IMG/VR virus record: IMGVR_UViG_3300014789_000001
DNA: 51,208 nt
Source: a virus
Direction: 5' to 3' (one strand)
The notes beneath the pieces are model-generated. The model did not search any database, had not been told where the DNA came from, and saw nothing but the letters and a program-made list of their open reading frames with translations. Shown one piece after another: positions 16,704-25,800 of this stretch. Position 1 is the stretch's first letter. Every line of letters starts with the position of its first letter. A program made the position numbers and the translations under genes.

Positions 16704-17185
16704 TTGACGCCGTTCACCGCCGTTTGAAGAAGGAAGCCGAGGAGCAACCAAACTTTGTCCTTGATTTTCTTGATGCAGATTTCCCGGCCAATAGTTTCGT
16801 CGTAGTTCTCCGGGCTTACGCAGGAAGACGCCTCAACAATCTCAAATCCGTTTCGGAGCAGCGCCCGAACGATGGTCGTTTTGTCCCCTGCGGTCTGTGT
16901 CCACGTCTCGAGAATGAAATTGTCCACCATCTCTGCGCTGATGCTCGGGTGGTCTGTTTTGAGGTCTCCGTTGGTGTAGAGGGGGAGGTACGCCTTCTCA
17001 AATGTCTCCTTCGGGCTCCAGCTCTCGTATCCGTCGGGGTAGCGGACGCGGTAGCCGTCCTCCACGTCTGGGTAATTCGGGAACACCTTCGCCGGGTCAT
17101 CAGTGATGGTGAAGTTTCCGTTTCTACTCTGCGCCCGGTAGGCGGGCTCCGCCTCAATGAGTTTCGTTCCGATGTACTGCTTCAT
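16700..17185 (-). CDS. N4 Gp49 / Sf6 gp66-like family protein
   Basis: A 161-aa ORF whose C-terminal half (TIVRALLRNGFEIVEASSCVSPENYDETIGREI..KI..KVW) fits that family. Confidence 0.5.
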   Translation of the reverse strand: MKQYIGTKLIEAEPAYRAQSRNGNFTITDDPAKVFPNYPDVEDGYRVRYPDGYESWSPKETFEKAYLPLYTNGDLKTDHPSISAEMVDNFILETWTQTAGDKTTIVRALLRNGFEIVEASSCVSPENYDETIGREICIKKIKDKVWLLLGFLLQTAVNGVK

Positions 17186-17676
17186 GCTTTTCTCCTTTCT
17201 GTGTTGAGAGCTCTGCTCCACCTCTGCTTGTATTCTGCAGGTGGTGTTTTGCAGGGAAACAATGTGAGTTGAACGGGTTTGGAAGCATAACGCTCCTTGT
17301 TCCACCTTGGCTTTCCTGCCTTTTTCGCCTCAAGCGTCCATCCTGCGGCCTTGAGGCTGGTTCCGGGCTCGCTTTGGAGGATGAAGGTGATGATTTTCTC
17401 ATATCCTTCGCGCTTGGCTCTGCGGGCGCAGGCGGAGTATAGGGCCGAGCAGGCGTTCCGAGTTCCGTCTGTGCATAAGCGCGTCACCTCGAGTGTGTGG
17501 CCGTCGTCTAAATAGCGTCCAGTCGGCCTTCCGACGATTGCTACTCCGCAAAGGCGTCCATCTTTGTAAGCTGCGAGGCTCCATTTGTGGCCGACTACCC
17601 TGCCGTGATGCCTGTGGTGTTTTTCGACGTAAGTGTTGGCCTCCTTGAGCGAGATTTCTGAGATGTCCATACGCAT
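17182..17676 (-). CDS. XF1762-like / GNAT-fold-like phage protein
   Basis: A 164-aa ORF with the motifs HHRHH, GVAIVGRP, LEVTRLCTDG..NACSALY and GTSLKAAGW. Confidence 0.4.
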   Translation of the reverse strand: MRMDISEISLKEANTYVEKHHRHHGRVVGHKWSLAAYKDGRLCGVAIVGRPTGRYLDDGHTLEVTRLCTDGTRNACSALYSACARRAKREGYEKIITFILQSEPGTSLKAAGWTLEAKKAGKPRWNKERYASKPVQLTLFPCKTPPAEYKQRWSRALNTERRKA

Positions 17677-18168
17677 TTAGTCGAGCAGCAGCAGAACGCC
17701 GTTCCGGCCCAGAGGTACCTTGTAGGCCTCGAGTTCCTCCGGGGTGGCGTACTTGTGCCCGAAGTGCGTCTTCATGTCGCGCCAGACCTCCCAAGGGATG
17801 CGGAAGACGTCTCCGTTGCCGAAGCCGGCGACGACGAAGCACATGGCCCCGGCGGCAAGGTGGTCATCAAGCCGGGCGGCCTGCTCTCGGGTGACGCGGC
17901 TCTGCTCCATCTGGGCCGAGTGCGTGTACTTGGCCTCGAAGACGACAGCCCTGCCCCCCTTGAGGGTGCCCTTATAATCCGGCTGCGCGGCCTTCTCGTA
18001 GTACGCGATGAATTTCCCGTTTCCGAGGTCTTTGGTGGGCCGCATGGGCTCCGGCGTCTTCTCGACTACGGCCTCGCCTCGCTGCTCGTAGTAGCGGAGG
18101 GAGAGGTCGATGTACTCCTCGAAGTGCTTGCCCTGCGCCCGGCTCACTGCCCCTTGGTACTGCTTCAT
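17677..18168 (-). CDS. recU: RecU-like Holliday junction resolvase
   Basis: A 163-aa ORF with G..FE..I......Y, DYKGTL.GGR.VVFEAK and the overall RecU pattern. It starts at ATG 18168 (ATGA overlap). Confidence 0.75.
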   Translation of the reverse strand: MKQYQGAVSRAQGKHFEEYIDLSLRYYEQRGEAVVEKTPEPMRPTKDLGNGKFIAYYEKAAQPDYKGTLKGGRAVVFEAKYTHSAQMEQSRVTREQAARLDDHLAAGAMCFVVAGFGNGDVFRIPWEVWRDMKTHFGHKYATPEELEAYKVPLGRNGVLLLLD

Positions 18169-18395
18169 CGGGTCTTTCTTGTGGGATGTCGGTCTGTGCG
18201 TTCTCTGCATGGTCTCTCTCCTTCGTTTGGCTTCTCCGTAGTGTAGCCGCCCCGCATGGCGAGCTGGTGCTCCCGCACGAGCTTGTCGATGACGCGCCCG
18301 ATGCTGTTGTAGCCGGCCATATCCGCGAGGTGGCGCAGGTGGTAGTAGCTCTGGGCCGTCACGACGACGGTGATGCGCTTGGTTCCTTTCCTCAC
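18165..18395 (-). CDS. Ribbon-helix-helix (CopG/Arc-like) small protein
   Basis: A 76-aa ORF whose N-terminus (KRITVVVTAQSYYHLRHLADMAG) shows a beta-strand plus helix pattern. Confidence 0.45.
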   Translation of the reverse strand: MRKGTKRITVVVTAQSYYHLRHLADMAGYNSIGRVIDKLVREHQLAMRGGYTTEKPNEGERPCRERTDRHPTRKTR

Positions 18396-18562
18396 AGCGG
18401 CTTTCCTCCTTCCTTCCAGTATTCGACGAAGTAGGTGTAGCTTTTGGAGGTTCCGCGCTTCTCCTTGGCCTGCCGGACGGCGTATCCGTTCCGGGCAAGT
18501 ATCATGACGAGGGTATCGCGGTCTGCGGCTGAAACACAGTCGATTTTCCTTCGCTCATCCAC
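18392..18562 (-). CDS. Small hypothetical protein (56 aa)
   Basis: This ORF is not on the ORF track. It starts at GTG 18562 after TAGGAGG, and its stop overlaps the next start (GTGA). Confidence 0.4.
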   Translation of the reverse strand: MDERRKIDCVSAADRDTLVMILARNGYAVRQAKEKRGTSKSYTYFVEYWKEGGKPL

Positions 18563-19388
18563 TGTTGTCGCCTCCTATCATGCCGGGCGGGTGCTCCCGG
18601 AGGATGTCGTCGCCCCAGATAGGCTTGAGGCTGTCCTTCATGAAGACCGCCGTGCCCGCCTCGCGAGCCTTCTTAACGATGGCCTCTACCCATTCCCGCT
18701 TCGGCTGCTGCTTCCCGCTTCCGGGGCCCGTAATGGCCCCGATGATTACCCATCCGACGCGCTCAAAGGGGTTTTCGCCGCCGGTGGCCTCGGTGTCGAA
18801 GGGCTCCAAAAGGGGCTCGACGCTCACGAAGGTGTTTGCCTTGTCCCAGAAGAAGAAGGGCATATCCGGGCGGGTGATGGTGGTTCCGTACCAGAAGTTC
18901 GGCTCCGTGGGGAGCTTCCCGGCGCTGGCGAGGTCGCAATACCGCTGCGGGTTCTTGGTGAGGAACAGGTAGGTGTGCCTCGGGGCCCGGCGGCAAGCGT
19001 CAAAGACCTGCTCTATCCAGTCGCCCGGCACCCAGCGCCCGAACAGGTCTGCCATGCTGCCGACGAAGATGGTGGCGGGGGTAAGGCGCTTCTCCGGGTA
19101 TGTGAGCGTGTACTTGTGGAGCGTGGGAGCGAAGTTCTTGGGGTAAGGCGTCGAGCGCCGGTAGTTGCCCTGCCAGTCCTTGAGCTCCGTGGGCTTCTCG
19201 ACGACGTAGCAGTCCACGCCTTCGTTGACAAACGCCGTGATGCCGCTCTCATCTGGGAATTCGTCAATCTTGGGGCCGAACCGCGTTGCGATGCGCCGGG
19301 CGTAGCAGTAGGGGCAATCGTGCCGGCAGCCGGTGACGGGGTTCCATGTGTGGCTGCACCACTCAATTTTCGTCTTGTGGATGTTCAT
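18555..19388 (-). CDS. Phage Gp37/Gp68 family protein (DUF5131)
   Basis: A 277-aa ORF with the family N-terminal signature IEWCSHTWNPVTGCRHDCPYCYA. Confidence 0.75.
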   Translation of the reverse strand: MNIHKTKIEWCSHTWNPVTGCRHDCPYCYARRIATRFGPKIDEFPDESGITAFVNEGVDCYVVEKPTELKDWQGNYRRSTPYPKNFAPTLHKYTLTYPEKRLTPATIFVGSMADLFGRWVPGDWIEQVFDACRRAPRHTYLFLTKNPQRYCDLASAGKLPTEPNFWYGTTITRPDMPFFFWDKANTFVSVEPLLEPFDTEATGGENPFERVGWVIIGAITGPGSGKQQPKREWVEAIVKKAREAGTAVFMKDSLKPIWGDDILREHPPGMIGGDNSG

Positions 19389-19563
19389 GCTGGGCCTCCT
19401 GCGCTGTTTCCGGGAAGTGCGCCGCCTGCCCGACGTACTGCCGGGCAAAGGCGCTGACGTACTGGCGGCGCTCCTCCTCGGAGGTAAAGGCTGCGGGTAT
19501 CTTCTCGCGGGTGAAACTGTCCATGAACTGCTTTGCCCGCTTCTTCAAAATCCGCCTGTTCAT
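19363..19563 (-). CDS. Hypothetical protein
   Basis: A 66-aa ORF whose start overlaps the stop of the upstream gene (ATGA). Confidence 0.4.
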   Translation of the reverse strand: MNRRILKKRAKQFMDSFTREKIPAAFTSEEERRQYVSAFARQYVGQAAHFPETAQEAQHEHPQDEN

Positions 19564-20423
19564 AAAGCGTCCTTGACGATGTCCGCAAGGTGTTCGAGCT
19601 TCTCCGTCTCCGCGTCTTCGTTTTTGCCGAAGATGACGGCGAGCTGGTTGAGCATGATGGACACGTCGGCCCGCTCCTCCGCGATGCTCTCGACAATGTC
19701 GTCGTAGTCCCCTTGGTTGAAGTCTTCGTGACGGATGTACTTGAGGAGGGCTTTGGTGAGCTCGCTCATCTCCTCGATGGCGACGAGGATTTGGGCCCGC
19801 TCGCCGAACTTCTGCACCGCCGCCTTATAGAGCTCCTCCTCGCTCACCTCAATGGTGCTTTCGTCATTCCCGTCCAGAGATACCGAGATGTCGGATTTCA
19901 GATACAAAGCCGGGCGGACGCCGCGGCTGCCGTAGTACGCGCAGCCGTCGTTGAGCGTCCCGCCCGAGTTCACGTTGCGGACGAGAGAGGGGTAGCCTGC
20001 CCGCTCGGTGGAGTACGGCGTCGCCAGCCACCACCAGCCTTCGCCGCCGAGGGGCGGGAGGATGTCGCGGTGCTGCCGGTATTCCTCCTCGGTGAGCAGG
20101 CCCACCTTCGTCTTGACGTTCCCGTAGTCCTTGAGGCCGTCGTTGCTGGTGAGGTCGATGAACTGTTCCGCGACGGCCCCTTCTCCGAAGGCGTCCTCGA
20201 GCCTCTCGAGGAATTCCCCGTTGAGGTAGGCGAGCAGGGTGCTGACGCCGAGGTCGTTGCGGTTCTTCTCATCGAAGGCCCGACGCTCGACAATGCCGGT
20301 GGAAACGATGTGCGTGACGATGGGTAGCCCTTGGCTGCTGTTGGTGTGGCCCAGCACGAGCCACTGGATGCCCGCGCCGTAGAAGGTCTGCCCGCGTTTG
20401 AGGGTTTTGAGCTTCGCTTTCAT
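19560..20423 (-). CDS. Remote DGR target protein: variable ligand-binding domain (WW...GVRPA type) fused to C-terminal MazG-like NTP pyrophosphohydrolase-like domain
   Basis: A 287-aa ORF. Residues ~1-190 are homologous to the N-terminal domain of 39519..41225 and contain VR2. Residues ~195-287 carry EExxE/ExxD-type motifs (AIEEMSELTKAL, EERADVSIMLNQL) typical of small MazG-like domains. There is no internal stop or start at the junction. Confidence 0.8.
   Translation of the reverse strand: MKAKLKTLKRGQTFYGAGIQWLVLGHTNSSQGLPIVTHIVSTGIVERRAFDEKNRNDLGVSTLLAYLNGEFLERLEDAFGEGAVAEQFIDLTSNDGLKDYGNVKTKVGLLTEEEYRQHRDILPPLGGEGWWWLATPYSTERAGYPSLVRNVNSGGTLNDGCAYYGSRGVRPALYLKSDISVSLDGNDESTIEVSEEELYKAAVQKFGERAQILVAIEEMSELTKALLKYIRHEDFNQGDYDDIVESIAEERADVSIMLNQLAVIFGKNEDAETEKLEHLADIVKDAL
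19907..19985 (-). repeat. DGR variable repeat 2 (VR2)
   Basis: Hand alignment to TR 42461..42539 gives 77-79 bp with 10-12 mismatches, every one at a TR coding-strand adenine. Homology is lost beyond 19985. Confidence 0.8.
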
Positions 20424-20611
20424 TTCGTGTTACCTCCCGTTTTTGCTTTCTTGGTTTCCGGCTCGGCGACGCAGTTGCACCGCTCCGGCCCGTTGAGGCA
20501 GGGGTTCTTGCAGTTACCGTTCCGCTTGTAGCCGCAGTCGGCGCAGCAGAAATTCCCATGCCGCCTGTCGCAGTTGAAGATTTTACACATTCTCGGGGTG
20601 GTCTTGCTCAT
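20420..20611 (-). CDS. Small Cys-rich (probable metal-binding) protein
   Basis: A 63-aa ORF with 11 Cys (CKIFNCDRRHGNFCCADCGYKRNGNCKNPCLNGPERCNC). It has ATGA overlaps at both ends. Confidence 0.5.
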   Translation of the reverse strand: MSKTTPRMCKIFNCDRRHGNFCCADCGYKRNGNCKNPCLNGPERCNCVAEPETKKAKTGGNTK

Positions 20612-21222
20612 ACAGCCGCCTCCCCGTAGGGGTCTGGTAGGCTCCAATCCCACGTCGCCCCGGTTTTCTCGTAGGTCTTGCGGAAATGGTTCCGAAGACC
20701 GTCCCCCTCGAAGAAGAAGTAGTCCTCCGGGAGGGTTCTCCCGACGCCTTCCGCGCCGCGCTGCTCTGCCTGCCACCTCTCGAGGACGTCTCTGGCGAGC
20801 GCCTCAAGCTCCGGCGTGACCGGCGAGCTCTCGTAGTAGGCAAACTGCCACGGCGTAGTGAGCACCTCCTCGAGGGTCTCCCCATATGTACCTGCGTCCA
20901 GCCGGTTGAGGGCGCACCATGCGACAGCCGCCTTCTCTGCGTCGCTGGGGACACCTCTGGCCTCTGCCCAGATGGTCTTCGCCAGCATTTCGACGTCCCT
21001 CTCGGTGTAGAGGGGCTCCGGCGTGACCGCAGGGGACGCCACAGAGGACATAGGGGGGCTTGTGGTGATGGGGTGGTATGTTTCCCCTTCTGGGACGGCA
21101 GAGGGCAGCGCGGAGACGTCAAGGCCCGCAGAGGAGTACTCTGGCAGGGTGAGCAATCCTGCCGAAAACACAATCGCCACCAGCAGCATCGCCAGTGTGA
21201 CCGCGTCTTTCACCTTGCTCAT
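20608..21222 (-). CDS. SleB-like cell wall hydrolase (Hydrolase_2) with N-terminal membrane anchor
   Basis: A 204-aa ORF with an N-terminal hydrophobic helix, followed by LAKTIWAEARG....K.AVAWCALNR, as in SleB/CwlJ-type hydrolases. Confidence 0.65.
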   Translation of the reverse strand: MSKVKDAVTLAMLLVAIVFSAGLLTLPEYSSAGLDVSALPSAVPEGETYHPITTSPPMSSVASPAVTPEPLYTERDVEMLAKTIWAEARGVPSDAEKAAVAWCALNRLDAGTYGETLEEVLTTPWQFAYYESSPVTPELEALARDVLERWQAEQRGAEGVGRTLPEDYFFFEGDGLRNHFRKTYEKTGATWDWSLPDPYGEAAV

Positions 21223-21947
21223 TCGTAATCATCCCTTTCGTAGCGGGCCTCAAGCGCCCTTCTTTCTCGCTCCTCGAGGAGCTTTGTTTCCGCGTCCTCG
21301 CTACCGGCCAAAGAGAAGGGGTATCTTGGAGCTGCAAGCTGCCGGTAATACGCCTGCCGCTCCTCGTACCGCCGGTTTACTCCCTCGATGAGGCTGCGGG
21401 TTCCGTCGTCGAGCCCGGCGCTGACCGCCTCGATTTTCTGGCGGAGGCTTCCGGGTAGCATCGCCTTCCGGCGCTGCCGCTCGACCTTGTCTTCGTATGC
21501 CTGCATGAACGCCACCCTGTCGAGGCCCGCCTTCGCGGCGTGGCCCCGTGCGTATGCGACGTGCATGGCGTAAAGCTGTCCATATCCGATGCTGTCCACC
21601 GCCTCGGCGATAGTCCTCGGAAGGGCCCGGTAGATGTCCCCGTGGTTGTACTCTCCCTCGGTGTCGAGGTACTTGGAGACGACCTCCCATGCTTCGTCCG
21701 GCGGTATGATGTCCGGGTGGGAGATGCGTGTCATAATCTCGCGTATCTCCGCGATGGACGGCGGCCACTTCGATGTGCTGATGTGCTCCTTGACCGCAAG
21801 GGCAACGAGCCCGGCGTCGTCCTCGGAAAACATATCGGCCCAGATGGCTACCATCGAGCGGATGTGCTTTTCGTCCCGGAACTTGTCGAAGTTCGGGTAG
21901 GCCGTCGTGATAATTCCGATGACCTTGATGGTCTCCTCCCGCGTCAA
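21219..21947 (-). CDS. G39P-like replicative helicase loader/inhibitor
   Basis: A 242-aa ORF whose N-terminus (IITTAYPNFDKF.....IRSMVAIWADMF.ED) resembles the SPP1 G39P family. Confidence 0.5.
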   Translation of the reverse strand: MTREETIKVIGIITTAYPNFDKFRDEKHIRSMVAIWADMFSEDDAGLVALAVKEHISTSKWPPSIAEIREIMTRISHPDIIPPDEAWEVVSKYLDTEGEYNHGDIYRALPRTIAEAVDSIGYGQLYAMHVAYARGHAAKAGLDRVAFMQAYEDKVERQRRKAMLPGSLRQKIEAVSAGLDDGTRSLIEGVNRRYEERQAYYRQLAAPRYPFSLAGSEDAETKLLEERERRALEARYERDDYE

Positions 21948-22765
21948 TATCCGTCGCCTCCTTCTTCGCCGAGCATGGCCTCAAGGACGCCGAGGGTGTC
22001 CGGCCTGCCGCCGGGCCCCCGTGGGGGCGGCGGGGGAGGATAGTCCTCCGGCCCGTCGTACTGGTTCTCCCACGACTTGCTATTCAGCCATGACGCAGGG
22101 TGCGGGGTGTATCTGGTTTCCCGGAAGCGGGTGTCGCACCGCTTGGCCGTCTCGACGGCGGCGACGATAGTGTCTGTGAGCTCCTCACTCGGTTCTATCT
22201 TCGCCCATGCCTTTTCGGCGTCGCCGATGCTGACCTTCCGGGGGTATATAGCCCAGAAGCGATTGAAGCGGGCCTCTTGGGTCTTGGACAGGGTGGACGG
22301 TTTACGCCTGCGGGGTCTGGGCGGCTCCTCCTCGCTGAAATCCGGGTCTGCGCCGGGCGATTCGGGTGGCTGGCCCACATCATCCCCCGAAGGGGGGTAA
22401 GGGGGGTTATCCTCCTCATCCTCTTGCTTGTCCTTTCCTAATCCTTTATCCCTTCCTTTATCCTTTATGGCTTCGGGTTTGCTTCCGGGTTGCTTCGAGT
22501 TGCTTCCGTTTTGCTTGCTGTTTGCTTCGCGCTTGCTTTTGCCTCCCTTGCGGCCTGCTTCCGCTCTCGCCTTGCTCCTGTCAAGCACAGGCTTAACAAA
22601 GGCGAAGCAGCTCTTTGGGACGCCGGAGATGGTAGGCTCCGTGTCGTTGAGCGCGTACTCTATGAGCGCGTCGTAGAAGGCGAGGCGCTGTTCGTCGTCC
22701 AGCTCTTTCGCCCCTTCGTAGTAGCTGCGGAAGAACATGAAGCCTTCGCGTGCTTCATCCGGCAC
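21944..22765 (-). CDS. Replication initiation / replisome organizer-like protein
   Basis: A 273-aa ORF starting at GTG 22765 after AAAGGAGGTGA. The N-terminal segment FMFFRSYYEGAKEL and the C-terminal FWAIYPRKV..GDAEKAW are typical of phage replication organizers. Confidence 0.5.
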   Translation of the reverse strand: MPDEAREGFMFFRSYYEGAKELDDEQRLAFYDALIEYALNDTEPTISGVPKSCFAFVKPVLDRSKARAEAGRKGGKSKREANSKQNGSNSKQPGSKPEAIKDKGRDKGLGKDKQEDEEDNPPYPPSGDDVGQPPESPGADPDFSEEEPPRPRRRKPSTLSKTQEARFNRFWAIYPRKVSIGDAEKAWAKIEPSEELTDTIVAAVETAKRCDTRFRETRYTPHPASWLNSKSWENQYDGPEDYPPPPPPRGPGGRPDTLGVLEAMLGEEGGDGY

Positions 22766-22808
22766 TTGGGTTCACCTCCTTTGGAGGAAGGGGGAGGCGG
22801 GCCTCCCC

Positions 22809-25800
22809 TCATTCCATAGACACGCTGCTGCCGTTCTCTCCGCCCTGCACGATGATGTTCTGCGGGAACCGCGCCTTCATGGTGGGGTCGTGGCTGATTG
22901 CGAGAATTCTCATTCCGGGGTTCCGGGCTGCCATATTGGCGAGGGCGTCCGCGTATGCCTCGGTGCCGTCGGCGTCGAGGAAGGGTGGCTCGTCAATGAA
23001 CAGCATTCCGAGCTGTACGCCTGCCCGGCGGGCCTTGACGTCTGCAAGGCCGAGCGTGACGGCCAGCGCGATTTTGACCTTCTCGCCGCCGCTGTGGCTC
23101 TGGTAGGGTCTACTGCCGCCGGTGATGCTGTTTATCCACACCTCGAGGCTGTTCACGATTTTCTGGGTGCTCTTTTGCTCCTTTTCGGTGCGGATGTCAA
23201 CCGCCATGCGCCCGCCCGTCATGGCCGCGAGGATGTCGTTTGCCCGGTGCATAATCTCGGGGACGACGCCTCGGATTATCATGTACTGGATGCCGTCGAG
23301 CCCGAACGCCTGCACGAGCGTCTGATAGTCGTTGAGGGCTCTGGCGATGGCCGTGATGTCCTTGCGGTACTCCCCGGCCTGCTCCTCTGCCTCGGCGATG
23401 GCGTCGAGCTTTGTTCTGGTTCCGCCCTTGCTGGCCGAGAGGGCGTTGACGGTTTCCGTGAGCTCCCTGCGGCGGGCCGTGAGGGCCACCAGTGTGCTGC
23501 CGCCCGTTTCTGCCGGTATTTTGCTGCGGATGGCCGCCGCCTCGACGGTGGCCGTAGCCTGTTTCTGCTTGAGCTGCTCGATGTCTGCCTCGAGAGAGGA
23601 CACCTGCGGACGCAGGGCGTCCGCTGTGGCCGATGCCGCCCTACACTGGGGTAAAGTGTCGGCCAGCGCCTTCTTCGCGTTTAAGGACGCTCTGGCGGCC
23701 TCTGCGCGAGTGTGGGCTTCGCGGTACTGCGGGAGGGCTGCGTTTGCCTCCTCGATGGCCTTCGTGGTCTCGCGGATGCGGGCCTCCTCGGTCTCGATGG
23801 TCTTGGTGAGCTCCTCGACGAGCGTTTCCGCTGCTGCCAGCTTGGGAGCGAGGCCGGCGAGCTGCCGGTGCCCAGCTTCCTCCGCCGCAATCTCCTCGAG
23901 CTCCGCTGCCGGGTCTCCAATGGCCGTATATGCGGCCTTCGCCTGCTGGAAGGCGGCGGTGAGCCGCTCGTACTCGGCCTTTGCTGCGGCGCGGTATTCT
24001 GCGAGGCCCTCCCGGAGCGTTTCGAGGCTGCCCTTTGCCGCTACGGCATCCTTGAGGAAATTGCAGGTCGCGTTCTCCGGGGCCGGGCATCCGCTGTCTT
24101 CGAGCAGGGCCGCCCGTTTGGCGTAGTAGGCGATGCGCTCCTCCCGGCGGGAGATTTCCGCCTTGACCTCTGCGAGCTGGGCGTCTCTGGCCGCCTTTGC
24201 CTCGAGCACGGCTTTGTGGGCCTGCTGGAAGCTGCGGAGCCGGGCCTCTGCGTCCGCCCTCCGGGTGCCGAGGGCCTCGATGGCTCCCTGTGCCTGCCGG
24301 ATGTCCTCGCCCTTGGAGATGATGGCTTTCGCCTCCGCGATGGTCTGCCGGGCGCTTTGGATGGCGCGGTCTGCGGTGATGAGGGTTTTCTCCTTGTCGG
24401 CGATGCTCTGGATGCAGGCCCTCATCCTCTCCTCATGCGGTGCCGCCGCCTCGATGACGGCGCGGGCATCCTCGACGGCTGCTGCCGCCTCCTCTGCCGC
24501 CGGGGCGGCTGCGGCGAGCGTCTCTGCGTTGGAGAGCTGCGCCTTCACTGCGGAGAGCCGGTTGCCCTTGTCGGTAATGTCGGCCCCTGTGGCCGCCGCT
24601 TCCCGCTCCTTGGCCTCTGCCTGTTTGGTGAGCTCCTCTCGCATGGCCTCGCTGCGCTGCGCGGCGGCGATGGCCGTCTCGAGGGTCTCCGCCTCTTTCT
24701 GCGCGGCGGTGATTTTGTCGTCGTACTGCCCGAGCTCGGCTTCGAGCTCTGCCTTCGCGTCGATTTGCTCCTCGAGGACGGAGAGGCGCTCGCGGGTGGC
24801 GGCAATCTTCCGGCGCTGTTCGCTGGCCCCGTCCTTGGCAAGGTCTTCGAGCCGGCCATAAATGTCCAGCCCGAGGAGGGCCGAGAGGACTTCCATACGC
24901 CTGTCGCTGCTGGCCTCGAGGAACAGGCCGTAAGCGTCCTGCCGGATGAGCGCCACGGAGCAGAAGGTGTTGCAGTCCATTCCGAGGACACGCTCGATGC
25001 GGGCCTGCGTCAGCTTCATGGTGGTGTCGCTTTCGTCCAGCCATTCGCCGGTCTCGGGGTTGCGCCGGTGGATGGCGAGTGTGCCGCGCCCGCTCTTGGT
25101 TCTTGTGCGGATGACGCGATAGGTCTCTGCTCCCATGCCGAAGGTGAAGGTGATGGCCCCGCTCTTGGTGCCGTCCCGCACCCAGCCTCCGATGTCTTCC
25201 TTCCGGGTCTGCTCATAGAGGCAGTCAGCGATGGCGTCCATAAAGAGGCTGCTCTTGCCGACGCCGTTCTGCCCGTTCACCATAGCCATGTGGACGTCCG
25301 AAAAGTCGAATTCCGCCTCGGTGTAGCTGCGGTAGTTCTTGACCTCGATGGAGATGGGGGCAAAGTTGCCGGTGCGCTTGTCGGCGTCCCTGCCGTCGTC
25401 CGCCTTCTTGATGAGCGGGGCGGCGAGCTCCATGAGCCGGGCCGCCTCCTCCGGCGCGACCTCGAGCTTCTTGAGGTATCGTCCGAGGGCCTCTGTGGGG
25501 CCTTCGTGCTCTGTGACCTCGCTTTCTCCGGCGACGTCTTCGACGTCCTCCGGGAGCACCTCTGCGACGTAGAACGCGCCCGCCGCCAGTAGCTTCTTTT
25601 GCAGGTCGGCCTTGTTGAGAGCCTTTTCCTGCTCTGCGGTGCAGTTGTAGCGGACGCGGACGATTGCGTCCTTGAGCGGCTCCGGCGCTTCCGGGAGCTC
25701 TCCGCTGGCCGTGAAGGCGGTGACGTCCTCCGGCCCCACGCGGTAGGTGTAGTGCTGGCGTTCCGGCGTCCGGACGAACTTTGTCTCAACTGCGGTGCCG

